DNA of 64,000 bases from Dehalococcoidia bacterium (GTDB lineage: Bacteria > Chloroflexota > Dehalococcoidia > DSTF01 > JACRBR01). The notes beneath the pieces are model-generated. The model made no database searches and had not been told where the DNA came from. It saw nothing but the letters and a program-made list of their open reading frames with translations. Made by a program: the position numbers and the translations under genes. The DNA lies in NCBI GenBank assembly GCA_040902535.1, contig JBBDXD010000019.1, forward strand, positions 6,773-70,772. Direction: 5' to 3'. Positions 9,060 through 17,991 of this stretch are shown piece by piece; the stretch's first letter is position 1, and each line of letters begins with the position of its first letter.

Positions 9060-9629
9060 ATGCGCGTCCTCATGCCATTGGTGGCGGCGATCAGCGCGGT
9101 GGCGGTGCTGTTTCACGCGGGACCGCAGCAGGCGTTCGCGTGCATATGCGAAGAGATGCCACATGACGACGCAAGGACGCGAGAGGTACTGGCGGACGAC
9201 CGGCTGGACACGAACTTCATCGTCGCACGCGTCGTTGAGGACCTGACGGTGCCCGGCGACGCGGCCGCCGCTGTGCGGACGCAACGCGTCTATCACGGCG
9301 GGACGCCGCCGTCGTTCGAGGTGCACCTGGTGGGCTGCAGCGGCGGCGCCGGGCCCTTTCGCGCAGGCGATGAGTGGCTCCTCGACGTGTGGCACGCGAG
9401 GGGCGAGTGGCGAGCGAGCGACTGCTGGTCCGGACCCGTGCAGTCCGGCCGTACGCAGCGATTCCTGGCGTCGCTCGACCGCGTGTCGCCGTCGCGACCG
9501 TTCGTGTGGACGGGAGAAGACGACGGCTGGCCGATGCCGGTCGCCGCCTCGGTCGCGGCGGCCGTCGCCCTGCTGACACTCGCGGGCGTATGGCGTGGCA
9601 ACCGGGGTCGGCCGGACAGCGAGCGTTAG
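9060..9629 (+). CDS. N-TIMP/NTR-like putative metalloprotease inhibitor, paralog 2
   Basis: MRVLMPLVAAISAVAVLFHAGPQQAFA|CIC; Cys1, Cys3, Cys66, Cys95; RBS GAGGTG 5 nt upstream; C-terminal TM anchor; start 9060 preferred over ORF-track 9048. Confidence 0.55.
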   Translation: MRVLMPLVAAISAVAVLFHAGPQQAFACICEEMPHDDARTREVLADDRLDTNFIVARVVEDLTVPGDAAAAVRTQRVYHGGTPPSFEVHLVGCSGGAGPFRAGDEWLLDVWHARGEWRASDCWSGPVQSGRTQRFLASLDRVSPSRPFVWTGEDDGWPMPVAASVAAAVALLTLAGVWRGNRGRPDSER

Positions 9630-9715
9630 GGCGCAGTCGTCGTGCCCGAAGCGGAACTTCCGTCGCGACGTATTCGTCCTGCTCGCGCGGGCATCAGACG
9701 TCTCAGGAGGAACGC

Positions 9716-10316
9716 GATGCGATTCGTAATGCCGATGGTTGCGACGATCGCCGCGGTGGCGGTGCTGTTTCACGCGGGACCGCGGCAGGCGTTCGCGTGC
9801 ACGTGCGCGCCGTTGCCGGACGGTCCAAGCCGCGCCCGGGAAGTCATGGAGTCCGTCGACGTGCTTGTGCTGGGCGAGGTCGACGAACGGACGAATGGCG
9901 AGCATGATCCGTATCCAACAGCGCGCGTGCGCGTCGAGCGGGCGTATGCGGGAAACATCGCGTCAGATGTTGCCGTGAGATCGGCGAACTGCAACGGGAT
10001 CATCGTGGACTTCAAGAAAGGTCAGCGATGGTTGATGGCGTTGTCGGAGCGCGACGGCGGCTGGCAGGCGCATGGATGCAGCGCAGGCCTGGTAGACGGC
10101 GTACGGACCGGGCGCTACAACGACGGCGACGTGTGGCTCGCAGCGCTCGACCAGATCGTCCCGCCTCCAACCGTCGGCGATACCCCGCTGTCAGCGACAG
10201 TCATCGTGGATGACGAGGATGACGCACCCACTCTCGCGATCGCATCCACCGTGGTCGGGTTAATGACCGTGATGCTCGGGTGTGTGTACCTGGCGGGGCG
10301 GCGCGCGCGGGTGTGA
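9716..10316 (+). CDS. N-TIMP/NTR-like putative metalloprotease inhibitor, paralog 3
   Basis: MRFVMPMVATIAAVAVLFHAGPRQAFA|CTC; Cys1, Cys3, Cys65, Cys94; RBS AGGAGG; C-terminal TM + RRARV; start at 9716 rather than ORF-track 9642. Confidence 0.55.
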
Positions 10317-10344
10317 GCGCTCCGCTGCGCCTTGCACCAGATCG

Positions 10345-10777
10345 CTAGCTGCGCGCAGCCAGCCCTGCCACCACCTTCGGCAGCGCGGCGAGCATGCGGT
10401 CCCATCCGTACTCGGCGCCGCGCAGCGCCTGCGTGCCCCACGGCTGCGTCATGTCGAAGCCCGACTGCTCGAAGAAGAGGCGCGTGCCGTCGCCGTCCGG
10501 CTCGAGCCGGTAGCTGACGCGGGTGTCGATGCCGCCGCCCGCCCACGAGTACGCGAGACGGCTCGGCTGCGCGCACTCGAGCACCTCGCAGCGGACGATG
10601 CCGTCGAAGCCGGCCTGCGGGTTCGGGTCCGTCTTGAACGTGAAGCGATGCCCGACGCGCGGCTCGAAGTCGTTCGGTATCAGCCAGCCAGCGAGCGCGG
10701 CGCTGTCTGTGAGCGCGCGCCAGACGTCTTCGGCGGGCGTGCGGGACGACGATCTCTCGTTGAATGCTGTCGGTCAT
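10345..10777 (-). pseudogene. SRPBCC / AHSA1-like (activator of Hsp90 ATPase homolog) protein, apparently frameshifted near N-terminus
   Basis: Good RBS (GGGAG) + ATG at 10777 encodes MTDSIQREIVVPHA then goes out of frame; the SRPBCC-like reading frame (…PAEDVWRALTDSAALAGWLIPNDFEPRVGHRFTFKTDP…YRLEPDGDGTRLFFEQSGFD…) is open from 10774 to 10345 but has no start codon before M at 10584; shift lies in cacgcccgccgaagac. Confidence 0.5.
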
Positions 10778-11109
10778 TGTTCGCTCCCTTTCGTCAGTTG
10801 TTGCTGAAGACGCTGCAGGTGTTCGTCCCAGAACCGCTCGTAGTGCGCGATCCAGTCCCGCACGGCGCCGAGCCCCTCGGGCGCCAGCCGATAGCGACGC
10901 TCGCGGCCGTGACGTTGTTCGCTCACGAGACCGGCATCGAGCAGGATGCGGAGGTGCTGCGAGACGGCGGGCCGGCTCATGTCGAAGTGCCCGGCGAGCG
11001 CGTTGACGGGGCGGTCGCCCTCTGCGAGGAGATCGAGCATGCGACGCCGCGCCGGATGGCTGATCGCGCCGAAGACCTCGGGTTGGCGCTCGGCAGTCGC
11101 AGTGGCCAT
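10774..11109 (-). CDS. ArsR/SmtB-family HTH transcriptional regulator
   Basis: HPARRRMLDLLAEGDRPVNALAGHFDMSRPAVSQHLRILLDAGLV; TATAAT hexamer 7 nt upstream of ATG suggests leaderless mRNA; start at internal M (11109) preferred over 11259. Confidence 0.7.
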   Translation of the reverse strand: MATATAERQPEVFGAISHPARRRMLDLLAEGDRPVNALAGHFDMSRPAVSQHLRILLDAGLVSEQRHGRERRYRLAPEGLGAVRDWIAHYERFWDEHLQRLQQQLTKGSEQ

Positions 11110-11257
11110 GCGGAGATTATAGGTAAGGCTTTGCTTACGTGTCAGCCGGCGTGCGGCGCCGTCTTCGCATGGCTGGCGCTGGCCCGGTGCCCGATTGAGG
11201 CGCCGCCGCGCCGCGTGCCACACTGATCTCGCGCACCACACCCGCGCCCGGTAAGCC

Positions 11258-12484
11258 ATGACTCACGTGCTCTCCCGATTCGTCCCGCACGCGATCCTCG
11301 CCGCCGTGGCGGCGCTGTGCGTCGTCGTTTCGGCGGCGGTGGCGGCCGCGACGCCGCTGCCTTCGGGCGACGATTACAACTCGGCGGGATTCATCGTCCG
11401 GCACGCGTGGCAGAAGTTCGCCTACCAGGCGACGGACATCTTCCGCGACGACCTCAGCCGCGCCGGCGAAGATGCGCGGCTGGCGCGCTTCTTCGAGTTG
11501 AACCGGCTGATCCGCGACGGCGAACGCGTCGCCGGCGACCCCGCGACATCGACGTCGGCGGCGGCGGCGACGCACGCGCAGCTCGAGACGTGGCGCGACG
11601 AGCGCGCGGGCATCGAGAACAGCGTCGAGGTGATCCTCGAAGGCCGGCTGACGGCGACGGTCGAGGACCTCGGGCTGACGCGCCGGTTCGGCGGCGAGAT
11701 CGTCTGGCCACCGGTGAACATCGAGTTCGAGGGCACGCCGTCGGTGCTGGTGCGCTCGCCGCGGTCGGAGATCCGCAAGGATTCGCAGCGGCTGCTGCAG
11801 GGCGACCTGCCCGTCGAGCGCGTGCAGGAGATCGAGGCGGCGGCGGAGCGCGACGGCGCGACGTCGGCGCTGGTCGTGCGCATCGGCGGCATCGCTATGT
11901 ACCCGGCGATCATCCCGCCGTCGGAGGACTATCGCTTCGTGCTGCAGGACATCGCGCACGAGTGGCTGCACCACTACCTGTACTTCGCGCCGCTGGGGCG
12001 CCGCTACTACGAGAGCGGGGAGCTGACGACGCTGAACGAGACCGTAGCGAACATCGCCGGCAACGAGATCGGCGAGTTGATGTACGAGCGCTATCCGCTG
12101 CCGGAGACGCAGGCGAGCGCCAACGCGCAGCCGGCGCCGCCGGTCGCGCAGGCGCCCGCGTCGACGTTCGACTTCACGTCGGAGATGCGCGCGCTGCGTC
12201 GCGACGTCGAGGCGCTGCTCGCTAGCGGCGACGTCGTCGGGGCGGAGCGGCTGATGGAGGAGACGCGGCTGTACCTGGCCGAGAGCGGCCGCTACATCCG
12301 CAAACTCAACCAGGCGTACTTCGCGTTCCACGGCTTGTACGCCGATGGCGCCGCGTCGATCGACCCGATCGGCCCGAAGCTGGAATCGTTGCGCCAGCGC
12401 AGCGGATCGGTGGGCGCGTTCGTGCGTGCGGCGCAGGAGCTGCGTTCGGCGGGGGAGTTGGACGAGATGCTTCACGGGCCGTAA
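11258..12484 (+). CDS. secreted hypothetical protein with HExxH motif (putative zinc metallopeptidase)
   Basis: N-terminal signal peptide; IAHEWLHHY (HExxH) with E ~22 residues downstream (gluzincin-like spacing); otherwise no recognisable family. Confidence 0.5.
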   Translation: MTHVLSRFVPHAILAAVAALCVVVSAAVAAATPLPSGDDYNSAGFIVRHAWQKFAYQATDIFRDDLSRAGEDARLARFFELNRLIRDGERVAGDPATSTSAAAATHAQLETWRDERAGIENSVEVILEGRLTATVEDLGLTRRFGGEIVWPPVNIEFEGTPSVLVRSPRSEIRKDSQRLLQGDLPVERVQEIEAAAERDGATSALVVRIGGIAMYPAIIPPSEDYRFVLQDIAHEWLHHYLYFAPLGRRYYESGELTTLNETVANIAGNEIGELMYERYPLPETQASANAQPAPPVAQAPASTFDFTSEMRALRRDVEALLASGDVVGAERLMEETRLYLAESGRYIRKLNQAYFAFHGLYADGAASIDPIGPKLESLRQRSGSVGAFVRAAQELRSAGELDEMLHGP

Positions 12485-12503
12485 GGCCTCGCAGAAGGCT
12501 GGG

Positions 12504-12532
12504 CGTGAAAAAAATGGGTTGCTTTTTTCACG
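12504..12532. promoter_or_regulatory. 10-bp perfect inverted repeat cgtgaaaaaa-N9-ttttttcacg between 11258-12484 and abiEi
   Basis: Read directly; lies 14 bp upstream of AbiEi ATG and 20 bp after preceding stop. Confidence 0.35.
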
Positions 12533-12545
12533 AATTAGATTCACA

Positions 12546-13184
12546 ATGCCTCATGGGTGGACAGTGAGCACTACGGCGACGATCTCACATCGGATTCGAA
12601 AGCGCATTGATCAGCACCGTCCTGGCTGGGTCTTCACCCCGTTCGACTTCATCGACCTAGGATCACCAAGCGCCATCGGGATGACGCTGCAGCGGCTTCG
12701 ACAAGAGGGGAGCATCCGTCGCATCGCACGGGGAATTTACGAGCTGCCGAAGTCGCACCCACGCCTTGGCAAACTCGCTCCCACTCCTGATGCGGTGGCC
12801 GAGGCACTTGCCCGCCGCAGCGGTGCGCATTTCCAGCCGTCGGGTGGGGCGGCGGCGAACATACTACGCCTGTCTGAGCAAGTCCCCGCCCAGCATATGT
12901 ATGAAACTGACGGCAGAGGCCGGACGCTTCACATCGGAAACCAGACCATCACGCTTAGAAAGGCCGCGACGAAGAAGCTAACGGCTGCGCCGACAAGCAA
13001 TCTGGTATTCGCTGCTCTTCGAAGCATTGGAAGACAGAACACAACGAAGAGGCGCGTCTCCCACCTGCGTTCAACATTATCTCCACGAGATCGGAGACAG
13101 CTACTCAAAGATCTCCCACGGGCTCCGGTATGGATGCACGAGCTGCTGCGCTACATCGCGATCGACTCCGGCGATGAACGATGA
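12546..13184 (+). CDS. AbiEi-family type IV toxin-antitoxin/abortive-infection antitoxin (wHTH)
   Basis: 213 aa; IARGIYELP wHTH-like N-terminal domain; 4-bp ATGA overlap with downstream AbiEii; lower GC. Confidence 0.7.
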   Translation: MPHGWTVSTTATISHRIRKRIDQHRPGWVFTPFDFIDLGSPSAIGMTLQRLRQEGSIRRIARGIYELPKSHPRLGKLAPTPDAVAEALARRSGAHFQPSGGAAANILRLSEQVPAQHMYETDGRGRTLHIGNQTITLRKAATKKLTAAPTSNLVFAALRSIGRQNTTKRRVSHLRSTLSPRDRRQLLKDLPRAPVWMHELLRYIAIDSGDER

Positions 13185-14200
13185 ATTTTGCTCAACTGCC
13201 AATAGAGGAGCGACAGACCTTCATCGCCGAGGCAGCAGCCCGCCTTGGCGTCTCCGAGGTTCTTGTTGAGAAGGACTTCTGGGTTTGCTGGACTCTGGCG
13301 CGGATATTCGGCGTTCCTGAGATCGCTCCGCACCTCGTGTTCAAGGGGGGAACGTCGCTTTCCAAGGTCTTCAATGCAATCAAACGTTTCTCTGAAGATA
13401 TAGATCTCTCAATCTCGCCTGGGATTCTTGGAGTTGAGGAGAGCACCCTATGGGAGGCACCGTCAAAGAAGCAACGCCAACAGCGCGTGGAAGCATTGGA
13501 GATTGCATGCATCGCCTACGTCCGGGACGACGTGCAGCCGAAGCTAAGGGCGGCGTTCCGGGACGTGCTGAACGGCTATAGCGAACAGTGGGAGTTGAGG
13601 TTCGAACTTGACGGCGCTGTCGGATCGCCGAACCTCTTGTTCTCATATCCCTCCGCCGGGACAACACCCGTCTCCTACTTTCGGAAGAGCGTCAAACTTG
13701 AGTTTGGCTCTCTCTGCGATCAGATTCCGTTCGACAAGCACGCCATCACTCCTCTGATTCAGCGGGTAATTGATGAGCCATTCGACGACTTCGAGATCCT
13801 AGTGATCGCGCTTGAGTTCGGGCGCACATTCTGGGAAAAGGCAACGATACTTCATGCAGAGAACCATAGACCAACGGATCGTCCATTCCGCGATCGGATC
13901 GCACGTCACTATTCAGACTTCGCGGCTCTTTGGAGCCATCCGTTGGCGGGGCGGGCTGTTGAGAACCGCGAGATGCTGAGATCCGTGGTTCGACACAAGC
14001 AAATGTTCTTCCCGTCGGGCTGGGCGAGCTACGACACGGCTCAGTCACCCACGATGCGGTTAGTCCCACCGAAACGTAGGCTTCGCGAACTAGAGACTGA
14101 TTACCTCGCTATGCAGGAGATGTTCCTGAAGGCGCCTCCTGGCTTTGCCTTGGTTGTCGAGGAGTTGCAGCGCGCAGAGATCGCGATTAATTCGTCCTAA
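13181..14200 (+). CDS. AbiEii/AbiGii-family nucleotidyltransferase toxin (DUF1814)
   Basis: 339 aa; LVFKGGTSLSKVF...FSEDIDLSI nucleotidyltransferase fold signature of AbiEii. Confidence 0.75.
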   Translation: MNFAQLPIEERQTFIAEAAARLGVSEVLVEKDFWVCWTLARIFGVPEIAPHLVFKGGTSLSKVFNAIKRFSEDIDLSISPGILGVEESTLWEAPSKKQRQQRVEALEIACIAYVRDDVQPKLRAAFRDVLNGYSEQWELRFELDGAVGSPNLLFSYPSAGTTPVSYFRKSVKLEFGSLCDQIPFDKHAITPLIQRVIDEPFDDFEILVIALEFGRTFWEKATILHAENHRPTDRPFRDRIARHYSDFAALWSHPLAGRAVENREMLRSVVRHKQMFFPSGWASYDTAQSPTMRLVPPKRRLRELETDYLAMQEMFLKAPPGFALVVEELQRAEIAINSS

Positions 14201-14204
14201 CCGT

Positions 14205-14879
14205 CTACGCCCGCACCTTCGATGCAGCTTCGCGGAGCATCCGGAGGTTGGTTTGCGGCGAGGCTTCGCTGTTGAAGACGCTCGAGCCGCAGACGAGGAT
14301 GTCGGCGCCCGCTTCGATGCAGGTGGCGACGTTGTGCGCCTTGACGCCGCCGTCCAGTTCGACCTCCGGCGCGACGCCGCGCATGGCGAGCATCGCGCGC
14401 AGGCGGCGCACTTTGTCGAGCATCGACGGCAGCAGCTTCTGGCCGCCCCAGCCCGGGTTGATCATCATCACCATCACCTGGTCGGCGACGTCGAGCACGT
14501 CTTCGATCGCGGCGAGCGGCGTCGCGGGGTTGATGCAGATGCCGGCGCGCTTGCGCATGGCGTGGATGCTGCGCAGCAGCCGGTCGGCGTGCGCGGTCGC
14601 TTCGACGTGGAAGTTGATCGTGTCGCCGCCGGCCTCGATGAACGCTTCGAACTGGCGCTCGGGGTTCGCGATCATCAGGTGGATATCGAGCGGCAGGCGC
14701 GTCACCTTGCGCACGGCCTCGACGACGATGGGGCCGAACGTGATCGGCGGCACAAAGTGTCCGTCCATGACGTCGAGGTGGATCATGTCGGCGCCACCCG
14801 CCTCGGCGGCGCGGATCTGGTCGGCGATCTGGCCGAAGTCTGCGGTGAGGACCGACGGTGCGAGCTTGATGCTCATCGC
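14205..14879 (-). CDS. rpe: ribulose-phosphate 3-epimerase
   Basis: 225 aa from [15 protein letters not shown]; HLDVMDGHFVPPITFGP, DIHLMI, MMINPGWGGQK. Confidence 0.9.
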   Translation of the reverse strand, partial: AMSIKLAPSVLTADFGQIADQIRAAEAGGADMIHLDVMDGHFVPPITFGPIVVEAVRKVTRLPLDIHLMIANPERQFEAFIEAGGDTINFHVEATAHADRLLRSIHAMRKRAGICINPATPLAAIEDVLDVADQVMVMMINPGWGGQKLLPSMLDKVRRLRAMLAMRGVAPEVELDGGVKAHNVATCIEAGADILVCGSSVFNSEASPQTNLRMLREAASKVRA

Positions 14880-16381
14880 GGGCGCGATCGCTTCTTCTTC
14901 GGCGCGACGGCCGGCTTCGGGGCGAGCGCATCGATGCGCTTGCGGGCGCGGCGCAGCGCGGCGGCGACCTGTCGCGGCGCCGTGCCGCCGGGCACGTCGC
15001 GCGAGCGCAGCGACGCCATGACGTCGATGCCGAGCGCGTCCTTGTCGAACAGCGGCGAGAAGCGTCGCATGTCTTCGAGCGTCAGCATCTGCAATTCGAC
15101 GCCGTTGCTCTCGGCGTAGCGGACGAGCTTGCCGACGGCCTCGTGCGCGTCGCGGAACGGCAGCCCCTTGCGCACCAGGTAGTCGGCGAGGTCCGTGGCG
15201 AGCGAGTAGTTCGCGACTGCGGCCTTGCGCGCGCGCTTCGCATCGACCTCGATGCGCGGGAGCATCGCGGCGAGCACGTCGAGCGTCGCCAACAGCGTGT
15301 CCTCGGCGTCGAAGAGGGCTGGCTTGTCTTCTTGCAGGTCGCGGTTGTAGGCGAGCGGCAGCCCCTTGAGCATCGTCAGCACGTTGACGAGCTGGCCGGT
15401 GACGCGGCCAGTGCGCCCGCGCGCCAGTTCGGCGACGTCGGGGTTCTTCTTCTGCGGCATGATGCTCGAGCCGGTGGCGAACGCATCGGGCAGGCGGATG
15501 AACGCGAACTCGGCGCTCGACCACAACACCACCTCTTCGGCGAGGCGCGACGCGTGTACCATTGTGAGCGCGGCGGCGCTGATGAAGTCGACGACGAAAT
15601 CACGGTCGGACACCGCGTCGATGCTGTTCGCCGTCACGTCGCTGAAGTCCAACTCCTCGGCGACGGACGCGCGGTCGACGGGATACGGCACGCCGGCGAG
15701 GGCGCCGCTGCCCAGCGGTGACTGGTCCACCATCAGGTGCGCGAAGCAAAAGCGCGTGTGGTCGCGCGCGAACATCTCGACGTACGCGAGCATGTGATGC
15801 GCGAAGAGCACGGGCTGCGCGCGCTGCAAATGCGTGTAGCCGGGCATGACGGCTGTGCGGTTCGCCTCGGCGAGGTCGAGCAGCGCGGACTGCAGCGCGA
15901 GGAGCCCCGCCGCGGCGCGTTCGACGGCGTCCTTCGCGTACATGCGGAAGTCGGTCGCGACCTGGTCGTTGCGCGAACGCGCGGTGTGCAGCTTGCCAGC
16001 GACCGGGCCGATCTTCTCGGCAAGACGCGTCTCGACGTTCATGTGCACGTCTTCGAGGTCGGGGCGCAGCACAAACTCGCCGCGCGCGTACTCATCCATG
16101 ATCTCGACGAGCCCGCGGACGATCGCGTCGGCGTCTTTCTTCGGGATGATGCGCTGGCGTCCGAGCATGCGGGCGTGCGCGATCGAGCCGGCGATGTCGT
16201 ACGGAAGCAGGCGCGCATCGGCGGCGATCGACGCGGTATACGCTTCGACGAGCGCATCGGTCGGCTGCTCGAAGCGGCCGCCCCAGGGCTTCTGGCGGGC
16301 GCCGTTCAGGGACTGCGGGGCGGACTTGCCACGCTTGCCTGCACCGCGACCGGCTGGCGGCGGACCAGCATGTTGAACCAA
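14873..16381 (-). CDS. argH: argininosuccinate lyase
   Basis: WGGRFEQP..., fumarate-lyase signature [12 protein letters not shown]; annotated ATG overlaps upstream gene by 75 bp so true start may differ. Confidence 0.85.
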   Translation of the reverse strand: MVQHAGPPPAGRGAGKRGKSAPQSLNGARQKPWGGRFEQPTDALVEAYTASIAADARLLPYDIAGSIAHARMLGRQRIIPKKDADAIVRGLVEIMDEYARGEFVLRPDLEDVHMNVETRLAEKIGPVAGKLHTARSRNDQVATDFRMYAKDAVERAAAGLLALQSALLDLAEANRTAVMPGYTHLQRAQPVLFAHHMLAYVEMFARDHTRFCFAHLMVDQSPLGSGALAGVPYPVDRASVAEELDFSDVTANSIDAVSDRDFVVDFISAAALTMVHASRLAEEVVLWSSAEFAFIRLPDAFATGSSIMPQKKNPDVAELARGRTGRVTGQLVNVLTMLKGLPLAYNRDLQEDKPALFDAEDTLLATLDVLAAMLPRIEVDAKRARKAAVANYSLATDLADYLVRKGLPFRDAHEAVGKLVRYAESNGVELQMLTLEDMRRFSPLFDKDALGIDVMASLRSRDVPGGTAPRQVAAALRRARKRIDALAPKPAVAPKKKRSRPR

Positions 16382-17988
16382 CGCCCCTCCTCGATCTCGA
16401 CGCTGCGCGCTTCGTACTCGGCCCAGAGCCGCGGCCGGCTCAGCAGGTCGGCGCGCGCCGCGATGAGCGTGCCGCCCAGCGCGCTGTATGCCCCCTCATC
16501 GAAGGGATAGTCGGTGAGGGAGTCTGCGAGGATGATGATATCAGGCCGCCGATCGAGGACGTATTCCGAGTCGTACTTCTCGTGGCCGGCGGGCAGCAGG
16601 CCGACCTCGATGTCGCGGTGCGCGATGTGCTCGTCGTTGAGGCCGAGCATGTCGATGGTCTCGAGCCCCGATTCGTACGGGATAGCGCCCGCCGCGACAA
16701 CGGCGATCAGCGTCTCGTCGGGGACGTTGTCGCGCAGCCAGCGGCCGATCTCGATGCGGTCGCGCATGGCGTCGCGTTCGCCGGTGAGCGCCGTATCGCG
16801 CGACGACGGGTGCAGCGTGAACGCCAGCAGGCCGGCGAACGCCACGGCGACGGCGACTTCGGCGAACCAGCGCGGCGGCCGGCGCTCGAAGTGCGCCTCG
16901 ACGATCAGCGCGGCGGCCGCAGCGGCGACGGCGCCGTAAAACAACGGCGATATCGACGAGAAGAAACGCAGGCGCACGAGCGAATCGCCGCCGACGTAGA
17001 CCACGTACGCGAACCAGGCGAGAAGCAGCACGAAGCTGTAGAGCGCGGCCATGCGGCGTATCGACGTCAGCGTGCCGGCGAGCGGCAAGAGCAGCACGAG
17101 CCACGCCGCATACTGCTGCGCGAACGCTTGCAGGTACTGGATGCCGCGCTCGTACTGGTCGACGCCGGAGCCGACCTTCGCGTAGTAGGTGTTCGGGAAG
17201 AACCAGTCGTACGCCGCGTAGCGCCAGGCGAAGTACGGCAGGTAGAGCACCGCGAAGCCGGCGAGCCAGAGCGCGAAGCGGCCCGCCTCTCGCAGTACCG
17301 CGCCGCGGACGTACGAACGGCGACGCAGCGCGTAGACGCGCGTACTTGCTTCGAGGATCTTGAAGAGGACCGACACGCCGAAGAGCAGCACGCCTTCCGG
17401 TCGCGTCATCGCAGCGAGCGCCCAGACGGCGCCCGACGCCGGCGGCCAGCCGTGCTCGAGCTCGCGGATGTGCAGCAGCACCGCGACGATGATCAAGAGC
17501 GCGAACATGCCGTTTTCCAGGCCTGCGCCGGACCACGCCGCGAACGGGCCGGAGGCAGCGAGGATCAACGCCGCGCCGATGCCGGCGATGCGCCCCGCGT
17601 CGCCTTCGAGCAGTTCGCGGGAGAGCGCGTAGGCGCCGCCGATCGCGCCCAGGCTGAGCGCGAAGCCCAACCAGCGCGCCGAGTCGGCGATGTCAGCGCC
17701 GGCCTTCGCGAGACCGGCGAGCGACACGACCCAGAGAAAGTTCGTGTAGCCCTCGACCCACTCGCCGCGGTTCCACACCAGGCCCATGCCGTCGGCGAAG
17801 TTCTGCGCGTAGCGATACGAGATGTACGCGTCGTCCGACGTGTAGTCGAAGTAGACGATGCCGTGCAGCCACAACACCACGCCGCCCCCGACGACCGCCG
17901 CGACAGCGTAGAGGTTCGTGACGCGCGCGAACGCCCACGCGATGGCCGCGATAGCCATCGTGAAGGCCACGAGTGCGGGGAAGGGCAT
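16306..17988 (-). CDS. large integral membrane protein, GT-C-fold glycosyltransferase-like (ArnT/PMT-like)
   Basis: 560 aa, >10 TM helices, conserved [13 protein letters not shown] loop motif near N-terminus, C-terminal soluble domain. Confidence 0.45.
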   Translation of the reverse strand: MPFPALVAFTMAIAAIAWAFARVTNLYAVAAVVGGGVVLWLHGIVYFDYTSDDAYISYRYAQNFADGMGLVWNRGEWVEGYTNFLWVVSLAGLAKAGADIADSARWLGFALSLGAIGGAYALSRELLEGDAGRIAGIGAALILAASGPFAAWSGAGLENGMFALLIIVAVLLHIRELEHGWPPASGAVWALAAMTRPEGVLLFGVSVLFKILEASTRVYALRRRSYVRGAVLREAGRFALWLAGFAVLYLPYFAWRYAAYDWFFPNTYYAKVGSGVDQYERGIQYLQAFAQQYAAWLVLLLPLAGTLTSIRRMAALYSFVLLLAWFAYVVYVGGDSLVRLRFFSSISPLFYGAVAAAAAALIVEAHFERRPPRWFAEVAVAVAFAGLLAFTLHPSSRDTALTGERDAMRDRIEIGRWLRDNVPDETLIAVVAAGAIPYESGLETIDMLGLNDEHIAHRDIEVGLLPAGHEKYDSEYVLDRRPDIIILADSLTDYPFDEGAYSALGGTLIAARADLLSRPRLWAEYEARSVEIEEGRWFNMLVRRQPVAVQASVASPPRSP

Positions 17989-17991
17989 CGG

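Noticed and set aside
12345-12545. N-terminal 67 aa of the ORF-track 12345-13184 ORF
   Set aside because: Arg/Ser-rich and overlaps the 3' end of the preceding gene; AbiEi homology begins at the internal ATG 12546.
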